Of a DNA stretch of 64,000 nt, positions 63,697 through 64,000 are shown piece by piece. The DNA is taken from positions 40,116,001 to 40,180,000 of the forward strand of contig CM059432.1 of the NCBI GenBank assembly GCA_030390025.1. Reading direction: 5' to 3'. This DNA is from Squalus acanthias (Eukaryota). The notes beneath the pieces were generated by a model. It was not told the origin of the DNA and ran no database searches. It saw nothing but the letters and a program-made list of their open reading frames with translations. Position 1 is the stretch's first letter. Each line of letters starts with the position of its first letter. A program made the translations under genes and the position numbers.

Positions 63697-63828
63697 AATG
63701 TCCCATGGGATGGTATGGGAGGAGGTGTCAGCAGGCATGTCACTGTGCAAATATGTGCCCCTGCCATCCAGTGACTGGAAGTTGTAACATCACCCATGAC
63801 TCCAGATTTAATGACACCTTATACAGAG
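63697..63828 (+). CDS. NAGPA: NAGPA coding exon (last Cys-rich repeat and stem); gene continues beyond window
   Basis: ttttattttaaacag| ... |gtattc; ECPMGWYGRRCQQACHCANMCPCHPVTGSCNITHDSRFNDTLYR resembles mammalian ECPLGWHGPGCQRPCKCEHHCPCDPKTGNC. Confidence 0.9.
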
Positions 63829-64000
63829 GTATTCAAAGCAATATTACTATCTTCATTGCTACAGTATACTACCAAAACATTTGTTTTTCCTTTTCTGATC
63901 CTGTCAAGATGGGGGATGTCAGCACTAGGAAATAGAACACTTTACTCTTTAAAAAAAAATTGTTCTATGGATTTTGATGATGTTTGCAAAGGCCCATTTC

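Overview
Eukaryotic (vertebrate) genomic DNA, almost certainly a cartilaginous fish (shark/elasmobranch), judged from HE1/V-type SINEs with CR1 tails, a SacSINE1/Deu-type SINE and the CR1/L2 landscape. The only host gene I can support is NAGPA (uncovering enzyme). Seven + strand coding exons (23183-63828) have GT-AG boundaries and consistent phases, and one is an extra EGF-type exon relative to the mammalian protein as I recall it. The 5' and 3' exons lie outside the window. The introns are filled with nested transposons: many CR1 and L2 LINE fragments, a decayed two-gene PIF/Harbinger element with related MITEs, hAT and Tc1/pogo MITEs, and two families of Penelope-like elements (PLEs, RT + GIY-YIG), one with an intact ~892-aa ORF. 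Most notable: both PLE families carry minimal hammerhead-ribozyme motifs. They have produced at least six 110-265 bp fold-back mini-insertions with 10-15 bp TSDs, whose breakpoints mostly fall in the ribozyme. Two of these hit exactly the same homologous nucleotide in two different CR1 copies. Repeat boundaries without a TSD are approximate.
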